Shown here: positions 1 through 9,173 of the stretch, piece by piece
Layout: each line of letters opens with the position of its first letter
Position numbering within the stretch: position 1 is the stretch's first letter
From: Spirochaetaceae bacterium
GTDB lineage: Bacteria > Spirochaetota > Spirochaetia > Treponematales > Breznakiellaceae
NCBI GenBank assembly: GCA_031279285.1
Contig: JAITIR010000119.1
Location: 1-34,957, forward strand
DNA: 34,957 nucleotides
Direction of reading: 5' to 3'
Program-made: the position numbers and the translations under genes
Notes under the pieces: generated by a model
What the model was told of the DNA's origin: nothing
Database searches by the model: none
What the model saw: the letters and a program-made list of their open reading frames with translations, nothing else

Positions 1-26
1 CGTTGGCGCAATCGGTGCTACTTTAA
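1..26. repeat. 26-bp segment identical to the reverse complement of 34384..34409, inside the IS30-like transposase remnant; the window probably begins inside a second, diverged copy
   Basis: Direct comparison: 1..26 'cgttggcgcaatcggtgctactttaa' equals the minus strand at 34409..34384. The two copies diverge after 26 nt but still share short motifs (aacaaagtt, gcgtaat, ttgaca). Confidence 0.6.
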
Positions 27-162
27 CGTAAGGTAAACAAAGTTTACCCTAAAAGAAAGCGGCGTAATCACCGCTTGACATTATCCTATAAATTATATAG
101 GAATGATATAAATAATGCAAGGCCAAATGACCTTCCGTAAATTGTTCAACAGGGAGCTGAAT

Positions 163-966
163 ATGAAAAAGATGCTGTTTTTTTCGGTAATCATGGTACT
201 TACTGTTTTAGGCTGTGCGAAAAAGGAGGAGGCCGGATCCGTTTCGGTACAGCGGCTTCGCGTGGGGACGAGTAACGACTATCCGCCCTACTGCTACCTC
301 GATCCCAATGGTGAACTGGCCGGTTTTGAGAAGGACGTTCTGGACGCTATCGACAAAAAATTGCCTGAATACCGGTTCAGCTACGAGGTTCTTGAGTTCA
401 AAAACATACTTAGCTCCCTTGAAGCGGGCAGAATCGACATAGCGGCCCATCAGTTCGGCGTAAATGAGGAGCGGCAGGAAAAGTTTCTGTTTTCAGACGA
501 GGGCTATATCGGCAGTTACAGCTATATCGTTGTGCCGGAATCCACGAATGACATTCATAGTCTGGATGATCTGCGCGGCAAACACATCAGCGTGCCGCCC
601 GCTTCCGGCTGGGCCTACACCGTGGAATCCTACAACGCCGAACACCCGGACAACCCTGTTCTGATTGACTACTACGAGGCAACCCCGGACGTGCTGATCA
701 CCAACATGACTATGGGGGTGATCGACGCGACTCTGCTCACCGAATCGGATGTCAGGCTGATCAACACCTTCTGGCCGGTGAATTTTAAGATAAGCGGAGA
801 GCCAATCGGGGATTTTGAGGAAAGCCGCTTTGTGTTTCAAAAAAACGCAGGTAAACTCCGCAATGCCGTTGACCGGGCCTTACGGGAACTGAAGGATTCC
901 GGTGAGCTTGGGGCTATCCAAAAGAAGGCGGTGGACGACTTCTTTAAAAACGCGGGGCGGCAATGA
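163..966 (+). CDS. Family-3 solute-binding protein (amino-acid ABC transporter periplasmic component), lipoprotein, orphan
   Basis: ORF 115..966. The likely start is ATG 163 (MKKMLFF), preceded by AGGGAG at 151-156. Signal peptide with lipobox LTVLGC. SBP_bac_3-like residues throughout. No permease or ATPase gene is adjacent. Confidence 0.75.
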   Translation: MKKMLFFSVIMVLTVLGCAKKEEAGSVSVQRLRVGTSNDYPPYCYLDPNGELAGFEKDVLDAIDKKLPEYRFSYEVLEFKNILSSLEAGRIDIAAHQFGVNEERQEKFLFSDEGYIGSYSYIVVPESTNDIHSLDDLRGKHISVPPASGWAYTVESYNAEHPDNPVLIDYYEATPDVLITNMTMGVIDATLLTESDVRLINTFWPVNFKISGEPIGDFEESRFVFQKNAGKLRNAVDRALRELKDSGELGAIQKKAVDDFFKNAGRQ

Positions 967-981
967 TGAAGGGCGGATAGC

Positions 982-2346
982 ATGACGCGCATCCTCTCGA
1001 TCATTTTCAGGACCATTCTGCGGAACATTTTCCGCTTTGCCTGCCTCATCGCAACGCTGCTAAGACCTGGGCATTTCGATCATTCGCAGCGTCAGGACGG
1101 TACACTCCCGACACTCAGGGACAAACTGTTCTGGATATACAAGTACTACTTTAAGCAGATTGAAAAGCCGGAACAGAACTGCGGCATAGCGGAGCATTTT
1201 TCCGCGCAACGTTTTGACTTTGCCCTTCCCGACGGTTTCAGGCGGGAGGCCGAAGCTTCCCTTGCCGCCGGCGGCGACATACTGGTTTCCGATCATGTCC
1301 GGGGGGACAATACCGGATGCCTTTGGGACGATGTTGCGCCGTTCTTTTTTGACGCGGATATAAGCTGCGCGAACCTTGAATCGCCGGTCGCCCCTTCCCA
1401 GCCATTCACGGCCCTGCCCAAGAATCTGCTTAAAAAACTTGAACTGAACAATTCGCCCGAAGTATTTGAGCGCTGCTTTCAGCGCGGCAGGGGCATAACA
1501 CTTTTTACCACAGCCAACAATCACGCGTTGGACCGGGGCGAAAGCGGACTCCTTGAAACCCTGGATTTTCTCGACCAAAGGGGGGCGTACCATACCGGTA
1601 CGTTCCGCAGCCGTGCCGAGCGGGACGATATTCTGGTTATCGAAAAAAACGGCATCCGGTTCGCGTTTCTTTCATATACATTTTCGTTGAATGAAAACAA
1701 GCTTCCCCCAGGTAAGGAGTACCTTGTCAACCTCCTGCCCCTGAACCGGCCCGGCTGCGATACATGGCCAATACGGGAAGACGCGGAAAGGGCGCGAAAG
1801 GAAAAAAGCGCCGACATTGTTAGCGCCTGTCTGCACTGGTCGCTTGAGCATGAATCGTACCCCCTACGGCATTTTATCGATCTGGGACACGAAGTACTTG
1901 AATGCGGAGTCGATGTCATCATCGGGAATCATTCCCATACCTTACAGCCCGCCGAAAAGTACACATACACGGATCCCCGCACCGGCTTGCGGAAGGATGG
2001 TCTCGTCTTTTACGCACTGGGGGATCTGCTTTCATGGCACCCCTCAAAAAATAGCCGCCTAAACGCCCTCGCAAAAATTCGTTTTACAAAGGGGTTCGTT
2101 AACGGCAGGAAAACCACCCTGATAAGCGGCGCGGAACTAAAGCCCCTGTATGCGTACAGTAAGATAAGGCTTGAGCATTGCGGCGATTTCCGGCTTCTGG
2201 ATCTGATGAAAACGGCGGAAGCGATTGAAAAAGGCGGCGATGTTCAGCTCTTTCTTTCAGCAAAAGACCGCCGAGAGATAACCCGGTTAAAAGAACTGGC
2301 CGTAAAACTCATGCCGGGGATTCTGCATAGAGCCTATCTCAAATGA
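982..2346 (+). CDS. CapA/PGA_cap family protein (poly-gamma-glutamate-synthesis-like metallophosphatase fold)
   Basis: 454-aa ORF with CapA-type motifs (ISCANLESPV; IIGNHSHTLQPAEKY ~ GxHxHvlQ). The start is uncertain. Confidence 0.7.
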   Translation: MTRILSIIFRTILRNIFRFACLIATLLRPGHFDHSQRQDGTLPTLRDKLFWIYKYYFKQIEKPEQNCGIAEHFSAQRFDFALPDGFRREAEASLAAGGDILVSDHVRGDNTGCLWDDVAPFFFDADISCANLESPVAPSQPFTALPKNLLKKLELNNSPEVFERCFQRGRGITLFTTANNHALDRGESGLLETLDFLDQRGAYHTGTFRSRAERDDILVIEKNGIRFAFLSYTFSLNENKLPPGKEYLVNLLPLNRPGCDTWPIREDAERARKEKSADIVSACLHWSLEHESYPLRHFIDLGHEVLECGVDVIIGNHSHTLQPAEKYTYTDPRTGLRKDGLVFYALGDLLSWHPSKNSRLNALAKIRFTKGFVNGRKTTLISGAELKPLYAYSKIRLEHCGDFRLLDLMKTAEAIEKGGDVQLFLSAKDRREITRLKELAVKLMPGILHRAYLK

Positions 2347-2591
2347 AGCGCCCCGTCTTAGAGCGCGCAAGACGCGTTTGAGGTGAAGGTTCATTAGGGC
2401 TGCCAGACCGTCGCATACGGCCGGAACGGTGTATGTAAACAAACTATGGGTTGATTTTCTAAGTGAGGGCAACAATAATTTAGTAAGATGTGGGTTCTAC
2501 ACAGATTAAGGGGCTTTTAGGATGAAAAACCTGTGTAATTTCCGGCTCCTTTTGTGGGCTCATCAAACTCACGTTGGCAAGGAGGCGTGGC

Positions 2592-3206
2592 ATGAAGGTT
2601 GTAGCGTTTAACGGCAGCCCGCACGGAGAGGGTGCTTCGTATAAAGGGATAGTTACCGTTACATCGGAGTTGGAAAAGGAAGGAATCGTATCCGAAATCC
2701 TGCATATAGGCGATAAAAACATACAGGGATGCGTAGCTTGTCAAAGCTGCTACAAGACCAGGCGCTGTAAATTTGACGACATTGTAAACCAATGCGCCGA
2801 AAAACTCGAAAAGGCTGATGGAATAATACTTGCTTCGCCGGTTTACTATGGCGGAATAGCGGGAAATTTCAAGTGTTTTCTTGACCGCCTGTTCTACAGC
2901 GGCCCCAAACTAACGCACAAGGCCGGCGTTGCTATAGCGACGGTACGCAGAACAGGCGGCATAGGCGTGTTTCATCAGCTTAGCAACTACCTAACGCTGG
3001 CAGGCGTGATAGTTAGCCCGACCGTCTACTGGAATGTCCTGCATGGGAATAACGCGAACGAGGCTGGGGAAGATGCGGAAGGGCTCTACACGTTGCGTAC
3101 TGTGGGCCGCAACATGGCCTGGCTGCTCAAAACGTTGGAACTCGGAAGCAAAAGCATCCCGCTCCCTCCGGAAGAACCGCGTATCCGTACCAATTTTATC
3201 CGCTGA
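2592..3206 (+). CDS. Flavodoxin-fold NAD(P)H-dependent FMN reductase / iron-sulfur flavoprotein family
   Basis: Start ATG 2592 (MKVVAFNGSPH), with GGAGG at 2581-2585. Cys cluster GCVACQSCYKTRRC, and the motif ADGIILASPVYYG typical of the NADPH-FMN reductase/Isf family. Confidence 0.7.
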   Translation: MKVVAFNGSPHGEGASYKGIVTVTSELEKEGIVSEILHIGDKNIQGCVACQSCYKTRRCKFDDIVNQCAEKLEKADGIILASPVYYGGIAGNFKCFLDRLFYSGPKLTHKAGVAIATVRRTGGIGVFHQLSNYLTLAGVIVSPTVYWNVLHGNNANEAGEDAEGLYTLRTVGRNMAWLLKTLELGSKSIPLPPEEPRIRTNFIR

Positions 3207-3288
3207 CCAGGGCTGTTTAAAAACAAAGCCTGGATTAGGCACTACGCAAGAATGCCATGCATTTTATTCTGACTTGGAGTTTAATACC

Positions 3289-3372
3289 CCGCCACAAAAC
3301 AGCGTTAAGCTGTTTTGCTTGACGTTTTGCCGCTTGCCTAACCCGATAAGGAAGGGTAGGCGGGGTATCTAT
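3289..3372 (-). repeat. Copy A of an ~80-bp repeat family with terminal inverted repeats CCCCGCC...GGCGGGG
   Basis: Its reverse complement matches 23944..24022 with about 3 mismatches. It contains the hairpin caaaacagc-ttaac-gctgttttg. It is intergenic, between the flavoprotein gene and gatC. Confidence 0.8.
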
Positions 3373-3490
3373 TGTAAGCGTTGCATTATTTACACGGTTC
3401 GATCGGCCGCGGAAATTTATCATCGTATATGTTTTTAACCATACCGCCCCATCGTAGACACAAACTACTAAAAAATGTCATCATTTAGGC

Positions 3491-3880
3491 ATGGAAAATG
3501 AAGGCGGAGACAAGGCGGCGCCAATTATGGCGGCGCCAATTATGGCGGCGCCACAACCTGTAGCGGAAATACCTATTGAGGATTTGCGGATAACGGCGTC
3601 GCTGGCCCATCTTAACACAGGCGAAGCGGAACTAGAGGCGGCGCTGCCTGCTTTTCGTGATATGCTTTCCTACTTTGCCGCGATGCAGGCGGCGGACAAC
3701 GATGAAAAGGCGTTTGGCGGCCCAATCAAGGGGCTTTCGTTTGCGGGAAAAAGCGTTGACGCCACCCACTTTAGGGCGGATGCGGCGTTGCCCGGTGCGG
3801 CGGAGGATTTAACCGAAACGATGCTGGATAATTCCGGCGAGAGGGACAGCCATTTTATCGTTGTCCCGAATGTTTTATGA
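3491..3880 (+). CDS. gatC: Asp/Glu-tRNA(Asn/Gln) amidotransferase subunit C, with an N-terminal extension or ambiguous start
   Basis: IPIEDLRITASLAHL...HFIVVPNVL matches the GatC pattern (IS.EEV..VA.LARL ... VP.V). It lies directly upstream of gatA and gatB. Alternative in-frame ATG starts sit inside a tandem repeat (3537, 3552). No clear Shine-Dalgarno sequence for any start. Confidence 0.65.
   Translation: MENEGGDKAAPIMAAPIMAAPQPVAEIPIEDLRITASLAHLNTGEAELEAALPAFRDMLSYFAAMQAADNDEKAFGGPIKGLSFAGKSVDATHFRADAALPGAAEDLTETMLDNSGERDSHFIVVPNVL
3525..3563 (+). repeat. 2.6 copies of the 15-bp tandem repeat gcggcgccaattatg, in frame in the gatC 5' region (AAPIM x2)
   Basis: Direct reading: gcggcgccaattatg gcggcgccaattatg gcggcgcca. 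Confidence 0.85.
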
Positions 3881-4019
3881 AATGAGGCTGTTCCCTTGAA
3901 CCGAAGGTTCGCACAGTGCCCCGGCTATGCCGGGGCCGTTTTGCGCGTAAATGATTAGTTTTGGAACAGGTTCAAATACTAATGTATTATTAAATACTAT
4001 TGATAATATCGAGGAAAAT

Positions 4020-5471
4020 ATGACCCTGCCGGAAGGCTACGAACAGTACTTCAAAGAATGGGAAGACAAGACGGGCGCTTTTATCGAATTCGCGCCGGAT
4101 AAGGCGGTTTTTGGGCTGGCGGAAGCCGCGCCCTCAGCCTCTCCGCTGTCTGGCCTGCCGTTTGCCGTAAAGGACAACATCGCGGTAAAAGGTTTTTCGC
4201 TGAGCTGCGGCTCCAAACTGCTTGCGGAACTGAAGGCGCCGTACACGGCGACCGCCGTGCGGAAGCTGGAGGAGGCGGGCGCCGCCGTGATAGGCAAAAC
4301 CAACCTTGACGAGTTTGGCATGGGTTCTTCCACCGACAATTCCGGGATAAAACGCACGAACAATCCATGGGACACCGACCGTGTAGCGGGCGGTTCATCG
4401 GGAGGTTCCGCAGCGGCGGTGGCGGCGGGACTTGTGCCGTTTGCGCTCGGCTCGGACACGGGTGGTTCAATAAGGCAGCCCGCCTCGTTTTGCGGCGTCG
4501 TCGGTCTAAAGCCCACCTGGGGCGCGGTTTCCCGCTACGGCCTTGTGGCTTACGCCTCAAGCCTGGACACCGTCGGCGTGCTTGCCGGCAGCCTCGCTAT
4601 GACCCGCGACGTGTTCAACTGTGTGAAGGGCGCAGACCCGTTTGACCAGACGAGCCGGGACACGCCGTCCGGCGGCGTTCCCGCGGGAAACCTTATAGGT
4701 GTGCTGTCGCCCACCGCTATCGCGCAGGCGATAGCGGACGATTTTCCGGGCGAGGTGGCGAAGGCCGCCGTTCTGGAGCGGGAGGTCGAAGAGGCCTTCG
4801 ATCTGGCAAAAGAAAACCTAAAAAAACTGGGCTATAAACTTGTAGAAGTGGAGATAACAAGCCTCAAGTACGGGGTTCCCGCATATTACACGATAGCTAC
4901 GGCGGAGGCAAGCGCGAATCTGGCCCGTTTCGACGGTATCCGTTATGGGAAAAGGCCGGACTGGGCCGAAAACCCGGATGAGCTGATCGATAAATCCCGC
5001 GACAGCGGCTTTGGAAACGAGGTAAAGCTCCGTATCCTGCTGGGAACTTTCGTACTCCGTTCAGGTTTTCAGGACAGGTACTACCTTCGCGCCCAACGGA
5101 TACGCGCCGGCATAAGGCGCAATTTTGAAAAGTACCTTGGGTCGTTTGACGGTGGACCCTCCGGTAACGGCGGCGAGAGCTGCGCAGCAATCCTTATGCC
5201 GGTATTCCCGACACGGGCCTTTGGGCGTGGCGGAAGCGGCCTCTCGCCTTTTGCGCAAAAAGCCGCCGACCTGTACACCTGCTGCGCGAACCTTGCAGGG
5301 CTTCCCGCGCTCGCGTTCCCCGTGTCCGCGGAAGGCGGCCTGCCGGCGGGCGTTCAGCTTCTGGGGCGGCCCTTTGGCGAAGAAACGCTGTTTTCCATCG
5401 CTGAAAAGTACGAGGCTGCCCACCCGTTCCCGCACCCGCCGGGTTTCAAACGGTTTTGGGAGCGGAGCTAA
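4020..5471 (+). CDS. gatA: Glutamyl-tRNA(Gln) amidotransferase subunit A
   Basis: Amidase signature GGSSGGSAAAVAAG...GSDTGGSIRQPA. Start ATG 4020 (MTLPEG), with GAGGAAAA 8 nt upstream. The ORF-track start at 3951 is likely too far upstream. Confidence 0.9.
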   Translation: MTLPEGYEQYFKEWEDKTGAFIEFAPDKAVFGLAEAAPSASPLSGLPFAVKDNIAVKGFSLSCGSKLLAELKAPYTATAVRKLEEAGAAVIGKTNLDEFGMGSSTDNSGIKRTNNPWDTDRVAGGSSGGSAAAVAAGLVPFALGSDTGGSIRQPASFCGVVGLKPTWGAVSRYGLVAYASSLDTVGVLAGSLAMTRDVFNCVKGADPFDQTSRDTPSGGVPAGNLIGVLSPTAIAQAIADDFPGEVAKAAVLEREVEEAFDLAKENLKKLGYKLVEVEITSLKYGVPAYYTIATAEASANLARFDGIRYGKRPDWAENPDELIDKSRDSGFGNEVKLRILLGTFVLRSGFQDRYYLRAQRIRAGIRRNFEKYLGSFDGGPSGNGGESCAAILMPVFPTRAFGRGGSGLSPFAQKAADLYTCCANLAGLPALAFPVSAEGGLPAGVQLLGRPFGEETLFSIAEKYEAAHPFPHPPGFKRFWERS

Positions 5472-5488
5472 AGGGAAAAGGAGCGAAA

Positions 5489-6970
5489 ATGTATCAAACA
5501 TTCATCGGACTCGAAGTTCACATCCATCTTTTAACAAGAAGCAAGGTCTTCTGCGGCTGTCGTTCAGCGTTTGGCGACGAGCCGAACAGCAATGTCTGCC
5601 CCGTCTGCATGGGTTACCCCGGTGTGATGCCCGTCCTCAACATTGAGGCTATGCGTATGGGCTGCCTCGTGGCGCGCGCACTTAACTGCCGCATCCCGGA
5701 AAAGACATGGTTTGAACGCAAGCAGTACTTTTACCCCGATATGCCCAAGAATTACCAGATTTCCCAGTTTGCCTCGCCGCTGGGGCAGGAAGGCTGGGTA
5801 GAGGTTGAGGGGGGTGGGGTTAAGAAGAGGGTGCGTATCCGTGAATGTCATCTTGAGGAGGACGCGGGAAAGATGATCCACACGGGGACGGTCTCCCTCC
5901 TCGACTACAACCGCGCCGGGGTGTCGCTGCTGGAAATCGTTACCGAGCCTGACATGGAATCGGGAGAGGAAGCCGAGCTTTTTGTCCAGCAGTTGCGCCG
6001 CGCCGTCCGTTATCTCGGCGTCTGCGACGGCAACATGGAGGAAGGCTCACTCCGCGCCGATGCCAACGTGTCGCTAAACCTTGCCGGGCAGGGGCTCGGC
6101 AAAAAGGTCGAAATCAAGAACTTGAACTCGTCCCGTTTCATAAGGCTTGGTCTTAACTACGAGATAAAACGCCAGTCCGCTATGCTGGACGCGGGAAGGA
6201 CAATAGTCCAGGAAACGCGCCTTTGGAACGAAAACCGCGATGAGACAGCCCCGATGCGGACAAAAGAGAACGCCCAGGACTACCGCTATTTTCCGGAACC
6301 CGATTTGCCGGTCTTTACGCCGGATGAGGACTTCTTAAAGTCGGTGGATGCCGGGCTTGTGGAGCTTCCGTTGCCCCGCGCAAGGCGTATCGAGGCGGAT
6401 TACGGGCTCAATGAGGAGCAGGCCTTCCTAATCTGCGAGGAAAAGGCGCTCGCCGATTACTACGAGAGCGCGGTTGAAGAGGCCGTGAAGCTCGGTTTGG
6501 AACAAAAGGACGCCGCGCTTCGCGTCGCTAACAGGCTTTTGACCGAGGTAAAGCATATTTTAAGCCGCGAAAAGATAGAGCCGGCCAGGATTGGCGAGCT
6601 AAGGCTCAGTTCCCACCGGCTTGCGGAGCTTACCGCGCTTGTCGCCTGCGGAAAAATCTCGAACAAGAATGCAAAACAAGCGCTGGAAGCGGTTTTTGCC
6701 GAAGACAAGGACCCGGCGACGCTTATAAAAGAGCGCGGCTGGGAACAGATAAACGATCCTGCCGTCATTTCTGAAGCGGTAAAACAGGTATGGGAGGCGG
6801 AGGCTGAGACCGTCGCGAGCGCCCGCGCCGCGCTGGAGGCGGGCAACCAAAAGAAGGTAAAGTCACTCTCGGCATACCTCGTGGGCAAGACGCTTGCCGC
6901 CACAGGCGGGCGCGCCTCTCCCGAAATAGCAGGCGCCCAGGTTGAGGCGCTGTTGCGCGTAGATGACTGA
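5489..6970 (+). CDS. gatB: Asp/Glu-tRNA amidotransferase subunit B
   Basis: MYQTFIGLEVHIHL...GYPGVMPVLN is canonical GatB. AAGGAG sits upstream of ATG 5489. GatB/YqeY-like C-terminal domain. Confidence 0.9.
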   Translation: MYQTFIGLEVHIHLLTRSKVFCGCRSAFGDEPNSNVCPVCMGYPGVMPVLNIEAMRMGCLVARALNCRIPEKTWFERKQYFYPDMPKNYQISQFASPLGQEGWVEVEGGGVKKRVRIRECHLEEDAGKMIHTGTVSLLDYNRAGVSLLEIVTEPDMESGEEAELFVQQLRRAVRYLGVCDGNMEEGSLRADANVSLNLAGQGLGKKVEIKNLNSSRFIRLGLNYEIKRQSAMLDAGRTIVQETRLWNENRDETAPMRTKENAQDYRYFPEPDLPVFTPDEDFLKSVDAGLVELPLPRARRIEADYGLNEEQAFLICEEKALADYYESAVEEAVKLGLEQKDAALRVANRLLTEVKHILSREKIEPARIGELRLSSHRLAELTALVACGKISNKNAKQALEAVFAEDKDPATLIKERGWEQINDPAVISEAVKQVWEAEAETVASARAALEAGNQKKVKSLSAYLVGKTLAATGGRASPEIAGAQVEALLRVDD

Positions 6971-7107
6971 CCGGAGAACAGACGGGGGACTGTAAATTGG
7001 GCATGGATATTTATACCGTTATATTTCGTGTTGCGTAGACAAGACAAATGACACAGAATAGGGGTAAAAATCCCATAGGGGCTGTGCAGTTCCCAAGGCG
7101 CGGGTCA

Positions 7108-9090
7108 TTAGATGGTTTCTATCTTTTGTATTTCATCGCGCAAGACAGCAGCCTGTTCGAACTCAAGCCTTTTGGCGTGATCGAGCATCTCCGCGTTGAG
7201 CGCAGCAATCAGCTTTTTGCGCTCGGCGGGTATCAGGATGTTGTACGATTTCTTCAGCGCCTCGGTTGATTTTTCTACCGCGCCCCGCGCTTCCTCCGTG
7301 TGCCGCTCCAGGATGTTCGCTATCGCCTTCTTTACCGTGGCCGGCGTTATGTTGTGCGCCGCGTTGTAGTCGATCTGTATCCTGCGGCGGCGTTCCGTCT
7401 CGTTTATCGCGTCCCGCATCGCGTCGCTCACCCTGTCCGCGTACATCACAACCTTGCCGGCGGCGTTCCGGGCGGCCCGCCCTATTATCTGCACGAGGCT
7501 CGTTACCGAGCGCAGAAAGCCTATCTTGTCCGCATCGAGGATGGCGATGAACGAGACTTCGGGCAGGTCTATCCCTTCCCGTAGCAGGTTTATGCCGACG
7601 AGCACGTCAAAGTTTCCCTGCCGCAACTGCGTCAGTATTTCCACACGTTCTATCGTCTCAACCTCGCTGTGTATGTAGCGCACTTTAAGGCCAAGGTTGA
7701 GGAGGAAGTCCGTCAGGTCCTCCGCCATCTTCTTAGTCAGCGTGAGGATGAGGCTCCGCCCGCCGGACCCTATCGTTTTCCGTATCTCGGCGTAGATGTT
7801 CTCCATCTGGCCCTCGCTGGGGCGCACCTCGATTTCCGGGTCAAGCAGGCCAGTCGGGCGTATAAGCTGTTCAACGACGCGGGCAGACTGTTTTATCTCC
7901 GTCTCGCCGGGCGTTGCGGACACATAAACCGTCTTGTCGAGCAGGTCGGCGAATTCATCGAAGCGGAGCGGGCGGTTGTCCAGCGCGCATGGCAGGCGGA
8001 AGCCGTAGTCTACGAGGTTCTGCTTGCGGCTCCTGTCGCCCGAGTACATCGCGCCAATCTGCGGGAGGCTCACGTGGCTTTCGTCTATGAACGTAAGGTG
8101 CTGTTTTGGGAAGTAATCTATCAGGGTGTCGGGGCGCTCGCCCGGCTTCCTGCCGGCAAGCGGCGCGGAGTAGTTCTCTATGCCGGGACAGTAGCCCATC
8201 TCGCCCAGCATCTCTATGTCGTACTCGACGCGGGTCTTGAGCCGCTCCGCCTCCAGATTCTTGCCTTCGTTCTTTAGCTCCTCGTAGCGGGCGGCCAGTT
8301 CTGCCTTTATCAGCGGCAGCGCCTCCGAAACCATTATCTGCGGCATCACAAACTGTTTTGCGGGGTACAGCATCGCGCTGTCAAGTTCCTCAAAGATTTC
8401 GCCAGAGACCGGGTTGAAGCGGCGTATGCGGGCAACGGTCTCCCAGTCCAGGTCGACGCGGTAGGCGTCCTCAAGATAGGCGGGGAATATTTCCAGCGTG
8501 TCGCCCCGCCGCCTGAAGCGCCCGCGCTCCAGCACGGCGTCGTTCCGCTCGTACTGAAGCTCGACAAAGCGGCGCATCAGCGCGTCAACATCCACCGTGT
8601 CGCCCCGCGAGAATGTCGCCGTCATTTTTTTGTAAATTTCAGGAGTCGCAAGCCCATAGATGCACGAGACGGTTGCCACGATGATAACATCCTTGCGCTC
8701 CATCAGGCTGCGCGTCGCGGAGAGGCGCAGGCGCTCAATCTCTTTGTTTATCGAAGCGTCCTTTTCGATATACAGATCGCGGCTTGCGACGTACGCTTCA
8801 GGCTGGTAGTAATCGTAGTACGAAACATAGTATTCCACCGCGTTGTGCGGGAAGAAGCCTTTAAACTCGCGGTAAAGCTGGGCGGCCAGTGTTTTGTTGT
8901 GGCTGATGATGATTGTCGGCATCTGCACGGCTTCAATTATCTTTGCCATCGTGAAGGTTTTGCCGGAGCCGGTAACGCCGCGCAGTGTCTGAAACCTGTC
9001 CCCAGCCGCGATCCCTTTAGCCAGGGTTTCAACCGCCTGCCCCTGATCGCCTGCCGGCTCAAACGGGGATACCACTTCAAAACGCCGCAT
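7108..9090 (-). CDS. uvrB: Excinuclease ABC subunit B
   Basis: 660 aa. N-terminus PAGDQGQA; Walker A GVTGSGKT; helicase motifs; C-terminal UVR domain (AAVLRDEIQKIE). Confidence 0.95.
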   Translation of the reverse strand: MRRFEVVSPFEPAGDQGQAVETLAKGIAAGDRFQTLRGVTGSGKTFTMAKIIEAVQMPTIIISHNKTLAAQLYREFKGFFPHNAVEYYVSYYDYYQPEAYVASRDLYIEKDASINKEIERLRLSATRSLMERKDVIIVATVSCIYGLATPEIYKKMTATFSRGDTVDVDALMRRFVELQYERNDAVLERGRFRRRGDTLEIFPAYLEDAYRVDLDWETVARIRRFNPVSGEIFEELDSAMLYPAKQFVMPQIMVSEALPLIKAELAARYEELKNEGKNLEAERLKTRVEYDIEMLGEMGYCPGIENYSAPLAGRKPGERPDTLIDYFPKQHLTFIDESHVSLPQIGAMYSGDRSRKQNLVDYGFRLPCALDNRPLRFDEFADLLDKTVYVSATPGETEIKQSARVVEQLIRPTGLLDPEIEVRPSEGQMENIYAEIRKTIGSGGRSLILTLTKKMAEDLTDFLLNLGLKVRYIHSEVETIERVEILTQLRQGNFDVLVGINLLREGIDLPEVSFIAILDADKIGFLRSVTSLVQIIGRAARNAAGKVVMYADRVSDAMRDAINETERRRRIQIDYNAAHNITPATVKKAIANILERHTEEARGAVEKSTEALKKSYNILIPAERKKLIAALNAEMLDHAKRLEFEQAAVLRDEIQKIETI

Positions 9091-9173
9091 AACCTTCCGC
9101 TATACCATCCATCGGGCTGTTACCTGCTTACCTCTTACATTTGTGTGCCGTTTCCGGCCCCTGCCCCAGAAAA

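Noticed and set aside
3235-3423. 62-aa minus-strand ORF covering repeat copy A (…LPYRVRQAAKRQAKQLNAVLWRG…)
   Set aside because: Same reasoning. The shared 'peptide' reflects the nucleotide repeat. Copy B has in-frame stops just upstream, so the frame is not conserved as coding.
7266-8277. Antisense ORFs inside uvrB (7266..7550, 7300..7584, 7669..8277)
   Set aside because: They lie entirely within the strongly supported uvrB ORF on the opposite strand. They are Arg/Pro-rich, as expected from GC-rich antisense frames, with no motifs.
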